Shown here in pieces: positions 29,276 through 36,028 of a stretch of DNA of 64,000 bases. The DNA is from a virus (taxonomy: Duplodnaviria; Caudoviricetes): the IMG/VR virus record IMGVR_UViG_3300020367_000004, positions 1 to 64,000 of that record. The stretch is one strand, 5' to 3'. Numbering within the stretch: the first letter of the stretch is position 1; each line of letters opens with the position of its first letter. The notes beneath the pieces are model-generated. The model was not told the DNA's origin and did not search any database. It was given only the letters and a program-made list of their open reading frames with translations. The translations under genes and the position numbers were made by a program.

Positions 29276-29866
29276 ATGATTTTCAATTTCTTAGAAACAA
29301 GTTTCCAGAATGTTAGATCATCTAAGAGAACTGACCAGTTGCATGACGCATTGCTAACTCAGTTCCTAGAAACCTATCCAGAACTAGCATCACTACATTG
29401 GAGACAAGAGTATAAACTACAACAAGACGCATTTGGTGGTACATTTGATATTGATATTGTAGGACTTGATGACAATGGTTATATCAAGTATGCAATTCTT
29501 GCCAAGGCAATCAACAGCAATGTCAACAAGAATATCAAGAATTATGCTAACACTACTATTGGCGAAGCATCAAGACTATTCTATGCACCTATCGTAAATG
29601 AAACAATCGAAAAGATATTATTTGTTTCATTACTACCTAGAACAGCACCTAGATTCAATAAGAAGGGAGAAGTTGTAGGATTTGATGACGTCAAGTCAGC
29701 GAAGGATAGAACCAACATTAAACCAGTATTGAAGAGACAATACGGTAACAAAGTACAATCTATTGATCTATTCTATACTATTGATAATGTAAGATCAGGA
29801 TTGACTAGCGAAGATTATAACACAATAACACCTAGTTTTGTTGATTCATTTGTATTCGAGGTTTAA
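29276..29866 (+). CDS. Putative PD-(D/E)xK-fold nuclease
   Basis: E(YKL)...FDIDIV...AILAK..SN..KN..NY....GE arrangement resembles restriction-endonuclease-like folds; start after leader box. Confidence 0.45.
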   Translation: MIFNFLETSFQNVRSSKRTDQLHDALLTQFLETYPELASLHWRQEYKLQQDAFGGTFDIDIVGLDDNGYIKYAILAKAINSNVNKNIKNYANTTIGEASRLFYAPIVNETIEKILFVSLLPRTAPRFNKKGEVVGFDDVKSAKDRTNIKPVLKRQYGNKVQSIDLFYTIDNVRSGLTSEDYNTITPSFVDSFVFEV

Positions 29867-29868
29867 TC

Positions 29869-30033
29869 ATGATGTCAGTAGCATTTTCAGAGTATAAAGA
29901 AGAGTGGTTAAAGAGGTGTGATGAAGATGATCGCACCATACCCACATTTGAACAGTATCTACACGCAGTCAACCTTGGTAGGAAATACTCAGCAATTTAT
30001 GATAAGTATGGTTTCTTAAAGGAGGACTATTAA
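29869..30033 (+). CDS. Small hypothetical protein (54 aa; not in ORF track)
   Basis: GAGG RBS; MMSVAFSEYKEEW... Confidence 0.6.
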   Translation: MMSVAFSEYKEEWLKRCDEDDRTIPTFEQYLHAVNLGRKYSAIYDKYGFLKEDY

Positions 30034-30231
30034 ATGAGATACGAGACATTCGAGGAAATTTCAGTAGGAGACATTGTATCATACAATCGGGTATGGGGAT
30101 ATGTCTTATCAAGATTTGATGACACTAAACAAATTAAAATAGTAGATGAATATACTGACGATAAGATCATGGTAGATTATAGAAGAGTACAAGTATTAGA
30201 GAAATTCGAGGAGGGATTATGCAGTTTCTAG
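30034..30231 (+). CDS. Small hypothetical protein
   Basis: GGAGG RBS. Confidence 0.7.
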   Translation: MRYETFEEISVGDIVSYNRVWGYVLSRFDDTKQIKIVDEYTDDKIMVDYRRVQVLEKFEEGLCSF

Positions 30232-30452
30232 TAACAGATATTGAATTTGATTTCGATAATGATGACGCAGACACAGTTTGTAATAGTGAGTTAGACGTAT
30301 TCTTTATAGCATCTAACTTTGATCGTAAAGAGATCACAGAGCGTCATTTAGGTGTATGGGAAGCGGACAATGAAGAGGACTTAATCGAAGAGATTACCTG
30401 TTCATCAGGTTGGTTAGTAAAAAACATACACTATGAAATCCAGTTGAAATAG
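30219..30452 (+). CDS. Small acidic hypothetical protein
   Basis: FLVTDIEFDFD..WEADNEEDLIEEIT..GW. Confidence 0.72.
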   Translation: MQFLVTDIEFDFDNDDADTVCNSELDVFFIASNFDRKEITERHLGVWEADNEEDLIEEITCSSGWLVKNIHYEIQLK

Positions 30453-30494
30453 TGTCACACACATTATAGCAATCGACACTCACTCGACTATAAT
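30436..30494 (+). promoter_or_regulatory. Early promoter cassette 5 (drives the structured non-coding region)
   Basis: AAATCCAG-N8-GTGTCACA 30436-30459; TATAAT 30489. Confidence 0.75.
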
Positions 30495-30500
30495 GAATAT

Positions 30501-30851
30501 ATCAGGTCAAAGGTGCTAAACATTCACAAGTGCTTAGGGATACCACACTTGATCTGACACACTCACACAAACGATAAACTACTCAGTAGTTTTATAGTGG
30601 GCAAGGCGAACCGTCAGGTTTTAATCCTAGATTGCCAAACTAGGTTGCCCACTATTTTCACACTTAGAACACATAAGTGTTTTTATTAGGTTAATTAGGT
30701 CAAACTGTATGATCGAGGAGGTGTAAGTCCCCATTGATTAATGACAAGTCAGTTAATCAAAAGAATACCACGCAGTATTATTATTAAAGGTCAGTAATGC
30801 AACTCGCCACCAACTGACCGCCTATCTTTATTCTTTCATTAATTCAACCAC
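30501..30851 (+). ncRNA. Candidate structured RNA / long leader with ~8 tandem stem-loops
   Basis: No ORF in the track; stems 30502-30557, 30574-30595, 30594-30655 (11-bp stem closing two inner hairpins), 30660-30680, 30734-30760, 30764-30779, 30789-30819. Confidence 0.6.
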
Positions 30852-30852
30852 A

Positions 30853-31038
30853 ATGAGAAAAGTATCATTAAATTTTATAGTTGACAACCTTACTGAATTA
30901 GGTTGGGATTACACAGCAGGCAGAATGTCTAGATCAGGTATGGAAATCTATGATGGCATTATGAGACATTGCGGTATCCTAGAAAATCATGAACATTGGA
31001 ATGAAGATGTTTATGCTGACTCTAACGGAGACTGGTAG
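30853..31038 (+). CDS. Small hypothetical protein
   Basis: ATG right after CAACCACA; LGWDY...MSRSG motif. Confidence 0.72.
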   Translation: MRKVSLNFIVDNLTELGWDYTAGRMSRSGMEIYDGIMRHCGILENHEHWNEDVYADSNGDW

Positions 31039-31039
31039 T

Positions 31040-31363
31040 ATGCAGTTTACAGACAGAGAACTAGGATTAATCGCTCACAAACTAGGTATGACATATTGTG
31101 ACCTAGACACACCTAATAGTGGTAACACATGGACATTTGAGCGATATGGTAAAGACGCAGTTGTAGGAGCATTTAAGAAGGTTCAAGAAGAAATCAAGAA
31201 AAGAGGATTAAATGCTGACACACTTGAACTAAAACGTCAACCCTATGGTGTGCCACTTCCAAAAGAGTCCGCCTTTGGTCTCGATAGAGATTTTGAGGTG
31301 TTACGATTATATCGTAAAGATCAATCAAAGATCAAAAAAAGACCAACCACACATTATTGCTAA
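31040..31363 (+). CDS. Hypothetical protein (3' third overlaps promoter cassette 6)
   Basis: Start moved to ATG 31040 after GGAG. Confidence 0.62.
   Translation: MQFTDRELGLIAHKLGMTYCDLDTPNSGNTWTFERYGKDAVVGAFKKVQEEIKKRGLNADTLELKRQPYGVPLPKESAFGLDRDFEVLRLYRKDQSKIKKRPTTHYC
31249..31350 (+). promoter_or_regulatory. Early promoter cassette 6 (degenerate, intragenic)
   Basis: TGTGCCAC-N8-GAGTCCGC 31249-31272; TG-T-TACGAT with -10 at 31302 (same 30-nt offset); CAACCAC 31344. Confidence 0.55.
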
Positions 31364-31378
31364 AAGCAGGAGATTAAA

Positions 31379-31531
31379 ATGAATGAGGTCAACACACTTA
31401 TACCTACCTACGATTTTCCTAGTAGTCCTATCCTATGGTTGGGTTTCTTGGGTATAATAGTAGCACTTGCAGTATTATTTGTTGCTAATAATGATTACTT
31501 CAATAGTCCACTTAATCAGGATAAGAAGTAA
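31379..31531 (+). CDS. Small membrane protein (50 aa; not in ORF track)
   Basis: AGGAG RBS; hydrophobic ILWLGFLGIIVALAVLFVA; TAATG coupling. Confidence 0.65.
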   Translation: MNEVNTLIPTYDFPSSPILWLGFLGIIVALAVLFVANNDYFNSPLNQDKK

Positions 31532-31752
31532 TGACTATTAGAAAACTAACAGATCAACAGTTTAAAGACTTAAAAGAGTTATATGTTGATAGAATCGTTG
31601 ACAATATGTCAATGAAGGATTTAATCATCTATGCTACCGAGGATATGCAGAAGTGGGTGGACTCACTCACATATAATGATGCAATGGTAGAAATAGAGGA
31701 ATATTTTGACGAGTATTTTACAGACACTATCGAGGAAGTAATCAATGGTTAA
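31531..31752 (+). CDS. Small acidic protein, paralogue of 26526-26741
   Basis: Shared Y...VD.MSM.DL motif. Confidence 0.72.
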   Translation: MTIRKLTDQQFKDLKELYVDRIVDNMSMKDLIIYATEDMQKWVDSLTYNDAMVEIEEYFDEYFTDTIEEVING

Positions 31753-32008
31753 GCAACAGTATGTTATGCAGTTCACAACAAGAACTGACTACTACCAAAG
31801 TTTTGAAATTTCATTTGATGAATTTTGGGAAGATTATTGTAAAGAAATGGATTTTGATGAAGAGGAGTCCGATCTTAACGATTGGGATAATGAGGACTTA
31901 ATGCAAGTTGCATGGGATTATATACTCAAAAATCCAGACAAGTATCGTTATGGAAATTCTGATTATGATAATGAAGAGATCATGAACTACAACTTACAGA
32001 GGATTTAA
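31745..32008 (+). CDS. Small highly acidic protein
   Basis: GAGG RBS; D/E-rich. Confidence 0.7.
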   Translation: MVKQQYVMQFTTRTDYYQSFEISFDEFWEDYCKEMDFDEEESDLNDWDNEDLMQVAWDYILKNPDKYRYGNSDYDNEEIMNYNLQRI

Positions 32009-32010
32009 TC

Positions 32011-32220
32011 ATGGAAAAGATTTATAGAGTACTGGTATCTAAACAAATAGAATACTCAGTTGAAGTTGAAGCGGATAGTCCACAGGAAGCAATGGAACTA
32101 ATAGAAGAAGAGATACAACAGAATGAAGGTATCTATAACTATGAGATCGAAGCATCATGTGAAGAGTTCAATGTAACACACGCAGAGTTACATGAAGGTT
32201 ACTATGTGACAGCATCATAA
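32011..32220 (+). CDS. Small acidic protein
   Basis: VEVEADSPQEA motif; GAGG RBS. Confidence 0.72.
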   Translation: MEKIYRVLVSKQIEYSVEVEADSPQEAMELIEEEIQQNEGIYNYEIEASCEEFNVTHAELHEGYYVTAS

Positions 32221-32283
32221 GTGTCTACTTTTTGTTTAAATTGCCCATATAGTCCTCTATAATAATATTAATGATTCAACCAC
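32205..32283 (+). promoter_or_regulatory. Early promoter cassette 7
   Basis: TGTGACAG-N8-GTGTCTAC 32205-32228; TATAAT 32258; CAACCAC 32277. Confidence 0.8.
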
Positions 32284-32287
32284 TATC

Positions 32288-32449
32288 ATGAAGAAATTAA
32301 ACATTCAAGTTACATCAGGTCAGTACAACCTATTATGGTTAATGATCGCAGAGCATGGCGAGAAGATCGTTGCTAATTCCAATGGAGACATGGATATGCA
32401 GACATTCGATAATCTATTTGATGCAGTATGTCAGGCGGATTATGTGTAA
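32288..32449 (+). CDS. Small hypothetical protein (53 aa; not in ORF track)
   Basis: MKKLNIQVTSGQYNLL... directly after the leader box. Confidence 0.65.
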   Translation: MKKLNIQVTSGQYNLLWLMIAEHGEKIVANSNGDMDMQTFDNLFDAVCQADYV

Positions 32450-32456
32450 TAGAGGT

Positions 32457-32672
32457 ATGCCACCAATAAGGAAAACAAGTCCTAGAAAGTACTTAGAGGG
32501 AGATCACTACCTCGATTATAGACTTACTTTCGATCAAGTAGAAGAAATACTTGATTCAATCGAGTGGATAGCAGAGGAGAATGAAGAACACATGAAGGTT
32601 CTAATATCCGCCTATTACGCTCTAAGAGACCAGAACGGTCACACTATACCAAAAGAATGGAGGAACGGTTAA
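32457..32672 (+). CDS. Small hypothetical protein
   Basis: GAGGT RBS before ATG 32457. Confidence 0.62.
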   Translation: MPPIRKTSPRKYLEGDHYLDYRLTFDQVEEILDSIEWIAEENEEHMKVLISAYYALRDQNGHTIPKEWRNG

Positions 32673-32938
32673 TGGATTTTAAAGAAGAGATTTATGAAAT
32701 AGCATTTGGAGATAATGCTATAAACAGAGATTTTGATGAACTCGAAGTTATCGAGAGAATACAATCATATAGTGATGGAAGCAACCCTATCCTTATAGAG
32801 GAAGCATGGAATGAAGCAGAGGAACTAAATTGTTCACTCAGGGAACTATCAGATCAGGACTTGATAGAGTGCAGACAGGCATTAATTGAGAGAACTAATC
32901 GTATTATGTCAGCACTTGATGAAATAGGAGTAGAATAA
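32672..32938 (+). CDS. Small acidic protein
   Basis: YEIAFGDNAINRDF motif; TAATG coupling. Confidence 0.7.
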   Translation: MDFKEEIYEIAFGDNAINRDFDELEVIERIQSYSDGSNPILIEEAWNEAEELNCSLRELSDQDLIECRQALIERTNRIMSALDEIGVE

Positions 32939-33186
32939 TGGCATATTGTGACAAGTGTGGTAATTTTGATAAATCTCACGTTGAGGACTGGGATTTGAAA
33001 TTACATTCAAATGAGTTGAGTTATCAACCTGATTTATATTACTATTGGGATAGTCCAATAGAGGAGGATTACGATTGGCGAGACGCATATCCAGAAATTG
33101 ACTGTTTATGTGAAATTTGCTTTGATATAGCAAATGAAGAAAAGAAGATTAAATGGCAACTACCAAGATGTCAAGAGAAGTTATGA
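32938..33186 (+). CDS. Small zinc-finger-like protein
   Basis: CDKC...CLCEIC. Confidence 0.68.
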   Translation: MAYCDKCGNFDKSHVEDWDLKLHSNELSYQPDLYYYWDSPIEEDYDWRDAYPEIDCLCEICFDIANEEKKIKWQLPRCQEKL

Positions 33187-33260
33187 CAGTTTATAAGGTG
33201 TCACACACATTTCCCATTTCATACAATTATCCTTTATATTAAATAGTAAGAGACAACCAC
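33182..33260 (+). promoter_or_regulatory. Early promoter cassette 8
   Basis: TATGACAG-N8-GTGTCACA 33182-33205; TATATT 33235; CAACCAC 33254. Confidence 0.78.
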
Positions 33261-33266
33261 AGAATT

Positions 33267-33464
33267 ATGAGCAGTTTAACTAATACAGCAATCTTTGAAG
33301 ATATTGCAGACAAGTGGGATATAGTCAAGTGCAACAACGGTGTTGGTGTATTTGAACTCACTTATGAAGGAGAGCATACAGGAGATACTTTCGATACGGA
33401 AGATGAATGTTGGCACTTCATTAAGCATCAAGTTTACTCAGAATTTGAAGCAAGGTGTGAGTGA
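33267..33464 (+). CDS. Small hypothetical protein
   Basis: ATG after leader box. Confidence 0.7.
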   Translation: MSSLTNTAIFEDIADKWDIVKCNNGVGVFELTYEGEHTGDTFDTEDECWHFIKHQVYSEFEARCE

Positions 33465-33477
33465 GACAGTTGAGACT

Positions 33478-33554
33478 TGTGACAGTCTATATACTGACCA
33501 CACACCGCCCACTTTGCCCTTATAGTCCATTATAATTAAATCAATTACAACCAC
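33478..33554 (+). promoter_or_regulatory. Early promoter cassette 9
   Basis: TGTGACAG-N8-CTGACCAC 33478-33501; TATAAT 33531; CAACCAC 33548. Confidence 0.78.
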
Positions 33555-33560
33555 AGAAAA

Positions 33561-33761
33561 ATGCCACAGTTCAAATATACAATCGAAACACCCAGATTAT
33601 TCAATTCAGAAGTGTTTACTGATGACCTACAAAAAGCAGAGGATTTATGCTTTGACTTCGGTTGCGACTATGAGTACTCATGTGTCAGAGACAACAAAAC
33701 AGGCGAAATAGTCTATGAAATGGGTAATATTATGGGTTTAGTTGAGGAGGGCATAGTATAA
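33561..33761 (+). CDS. Small hypothetical protein
   Basis: ATG after leader box. Confidence 0.7.
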   Translation: MPQFKYTIETPRLFNSEVFTDDLQKAEDLCFDFGCDYEYSCVRDNKTGEIVYEMGNIMGLVEEGIV

Positions 33762-34015
33762 TGCGAAACTTTGACAAGATCAATTATCTAAAAGAATTAC
33801 AAGTGCCAGTAATTGATGATAATGCAGGCACTATCTCAGTCACATTTACATTTGACGAGTTACACGCATTTTCAGAACACGTTGATTGGTGCATTTATGA
33901 GCAAGATCAACCAGTAAACGACAATTTACAGTCATTTATTGATAAATTACTCTATAATAAGAGAAATACAGCACCTAAAATCAAGCAAGTTAATCTACCC
34001 AAGGAGGAGTGGTAA
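33761..34015 (+). CDS. Small hypothetical protein
   Basis: TAATG coupling, GAGGAGG RBS. Confidence 0.7.
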   Translation: MRNFDKINYLKELQVPVIDDNAGTISVTFTFDELHAFSEHVDWCIYEQDQPVNDNLQSFIDKLLYNKRNTAPKIKQVNLPKEEW

Positions 34016-34016
34016 A

Positions 34017-34256
34017 ATGAATTTTGAAACATGGTTAAATCAATGCCCTGACCCTAGTAGATTCGCAGTTGAATATGTTGATATAAGATCAGACATTTTG
34101 AATGTAATTGATACTTATGACCGCCCAGAGTGGAAGAAGATCAACTTTAATAAAGATAAATTAGATGATCTAGTTTATCAAGTTTACGATCAAGACTGGT
34201 CAGAGTGGAATGACTTTATCGCTTTTTTAATTGATAATGAGGTTACATGGTCATGA
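34017..34256 (+). CDS. Small hypothetical protein
   Basis: AGGAGG RBS before ATG 34017; FETWLNQCP. Confidence 0.68.
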   Translation: MNFETWLNQCPDPSRFAVEYVDIRSDILNVIDTYDRPEWKKINFNKDKLDDLVYQVYDQDWSEWNDFIAFLIDNEVTWS

Positions 34257-34420
34257 ATGAAAATCTATTCAAACAAATCAAATTTCCTACAAGAGAGAAA
34301 TTAATTGAATATCGTTATGAACAGTTCCAAGAGTGGTTAAATAAATGCCCACTTGTAATAACTGATTATCAGGATTTTACAGATCGCTTCCAGATAACAT
34401 TTGATTTAGAAGCAGATTAA
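34253..34420 (+). CDS. Small hypothetical protein (55 aa; not in ORF track)
   Basis: ATGA overlap; FQEWLNKCP motif shared with the upstream gene. Confidence 0.65.
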   Translation: MNENLFKQIKFPTREKLIEYRYEQFQEWLNKCPLVITDYQDFTDRFQITFDLEAD

Positions 34421-34424
34421 ATAA

Positions 34425-34674
34425 CAATCGGCATCAGGTGGGTACGCTATACGATTCCCTATGTGTAAGTCCGATATGATACGAAATCGTATCAACAGGC
34501 ATTAAGCATAAGAACCTTAATCTACCAGTATAAGTGATCTTATACAATTCCAATCGGTCTAATGGCGGTTGCAATCTTATATAAGTCCTAAACAAAAGAC
34601 CTTACCATAAAAAGGAATTAAATTGTTATGTGGTTGTGACAGTTTTATTACCTACACATGGTGAGGTCTTTTTT
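34425..34674 (+). ncRNA. Candidate structured non-coding RNA ending in a 15-bp stem and U-tract
   Basis: Stems 34427-34475, 34477-34494, 34501-34521, 34528-34545, 34551-34571, and 34594-34608 with 34658-34672; T6 at 34669-34674. Confidence 0.55.
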
Positions 34675-34710
34675 CACCATTATATGATTATAATAGAATC
34701 AAACAACCAC
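34635..34710 (+). promoter_or_regulatory. Early promoter cassette 10
   Basis: TGTGACAG-N8-CCTACACA 34635-34658; TATAAT 34689; CAACCAC 34704. Confidence 0.75.
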
Positions 34711-34721
34711 AGGATTCACAC

Positions 34722-35090
34722 ATGGCAAAATTAGATACTTACCAGAGATTAGTAGTTGACGCAATCAACGAGTACGGAACAGGAGATTGGAAAAATTGGA
34801 TCTCAGTTCATTATGTACATGAGTCAGGTTACTCAAATATTATATGTCATTCTGAAATCATAGGTAAAGTTTTCTACGATAAGAGAAAAAGAGATTTGAA
34901 CCAGAGAGAGTATCAGGAAATAATCATGGATAACACCAGAAAAGCACCTGTTACCTATATTGCATTTATGAACAGAGACGGAGCAGAGGAGAGTTTTAAC
35001 GAGACACAGATAACAAGATACAGAAATATGTTGAGAAAGCAAGGATTCTTAGTTATCAATGTAGATAAGAAATCACTAGCACAATACTAA
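34722..35090 (+). CDS. Hypothetical protein (122 aa)
   Basis: ATG after leader box and AGGA. Confidence 0.72.
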   Translation: MAKLDTYQRLVVDAINEYGTGDWKNWISVHYVHESGYSNIICHSEIIGKVFYDKRKRDLNQREYQEIIMDNTRKAPVTYIAFMNRDGAEESFNETQITRYRNMLRKQGFLVINVDKKSLAQY

Positions 35091-35108
35091 TCAAAATACT
35101 GGTGTGAG

Positions 35109-35184
35109 TGTGACAGTTATATTAGTGTCACTTCGCACCAGAAAACACCTCTATTTTCGCTATAATAGAGTCATAAGCAACCAC
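35109..35184 (+). promoter_or_regulatory. Early promoter cassette 11
   Basis: TGTGACAG-N8-GTGTCACT 35109-35132; TATAAT 35161; CAACCAC 35178. Confidence 0.82.
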
Positions 35185-35200
35185 ACAGGAATTTTTCAAA

Positions 35201-35527
35201 ATGCGTAAGATCGAATCACAAATGAACAGAGCAATCAGAGGACAGAGAAACTGGACTTCTGGTAATACAACTGTATTCACTACTGATAACGGTTTAGAGT
35301 CAACAGTATATCTACATGGCAACCACATAGCAACATTCGATCATGTACATCAAAACCTATACATCTTTGATGGCGGTTGGCAGTCTAACACCACTAAGTC
35401 TAGACTCAATGCACTTTGCTATGAGTTCAACACAGGTTTCAAGGTCATTCAGAGAGATTGGACTTGGTACTTAGTCAACTTCCTAGGCACTAAGCAGTTA
35501 TTCAACTCAGGCATGGAGGTTGCATAA
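35201..35527 (+). CDS. Conserved phage hypothetical protein (108 aa)
   Basis: MRKIE.QM..AI...VYLHGNHIA...DGGWQSNTTKSRLNAL, a pattern I recall from cyanophage early ORFs. Confidence 0.75.
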   Translation: MRKIESQMNRAIRGQRNWTSGNTTVFTTDNGLESTVYLHGNHIATFDHVHQNLYIFDGGWQSNTTKSRLNALCYEFNTGFKVIQRDWTWYLVNFLGTKQLFNSGMEVA

Positions 35528-35715
35528 TGAATAATATTGAATTTGATGCAATGACAGTTATGGAGCAAATCCACATGGCAGAATCAAGGCATATGCAGAT
35601 GGGAGCATTATGTTCTTATCTATTGCAATATCCTGATATGACAATCAGAGATTTCTTTGCAATGGCAAGTGACGAGATCAGAGAAGAGCAGGAGGAGTTA
35701 GGATATTATGACTAA
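35527..35715 (+). CDS. Small hypothetical protein
   Basis: GGAGG RBS, TAATG coupling. Confidence 0.7.
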   Translation: MNNIEFDAMTVMEQIHMAESRHMQMGALCSYLLQYPDMTIRDFFAMASDEIREEQEELGYYD

Positions 35716-35911
35716 ACTAAGAAGAGAAAAGTCTTATTATAAGATATTTGAACCAGTCAAGCATCTAATCGAAGAATACGCAAACGACCATTTTTCAACG
35801 TTTGGATACTATCCCGCCACAGTTCGATTATATCCACCAGTAGGAGAGGGATTACCCAGAGAATTAGATTATACAGAATACCAGTATATTATAACTGGTA
35901 ACATATATTGA
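35708..35911 (+). CDS. Small hypothetical protein
   Basis: Packed ORF with RBS. Confidence 0.62.
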   Translation: MTKLRREKSYYKIFEPVKHLIEEYANDHFSTFGYYPATVRLYPPVGEGLPRELDYTEYQYIITGNIY

Positions 35912-35929
35912 GAGTATTTCCCCATTTAG

Positions 35930-36017
35930 TGTGACGATTTTTTTAGTTGCACACCGCACCAGAGAAAGCACCCCAAATCGGTGCTTTTTATGGTACAATT
36001 AATATATAAGCAACCAC
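35930..36017 (+). promoter_or_regulatory. Early promoter cassette 12
   Basis: TGTGACGA-N8-GTTGCACA 35930-35953; TG-G-TACAAT with -10 at 35994; CAACCAC 36011. Confidence 0.72.
35965..35989 (+). terminator. Putative intrinsic terminator inside cassette 12
   Basis: AAAGCACC-ccaaatc-GGTGCTTT followed by TT. Confidence 0.5.
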
Positions 36018-36028
36018 AGGTAACACAC

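Noticed and set aside
30685-30745. Twister or hammerhead ribozyme at GGTGTAAGTCC
   Set aside because: I could not place the twister pseudoknot partners or a CUGAUGA/GAAA hammerhead core; kept only as an unassigned motif
34497-34590. tRNA gene (cloverleaf-like fold)
   Set aside because: No 7-bp acceptor stem, TTCRA T-loop or 7-nt anticodon loop
23422-36017. Repeated dyads as a CRISPR array or integron attC sites
   Set aside because: Repeats are degenerate, separated by 0.3-2.5 kb of genes and tied to -10 boxes; no cas or integrase gene in the window
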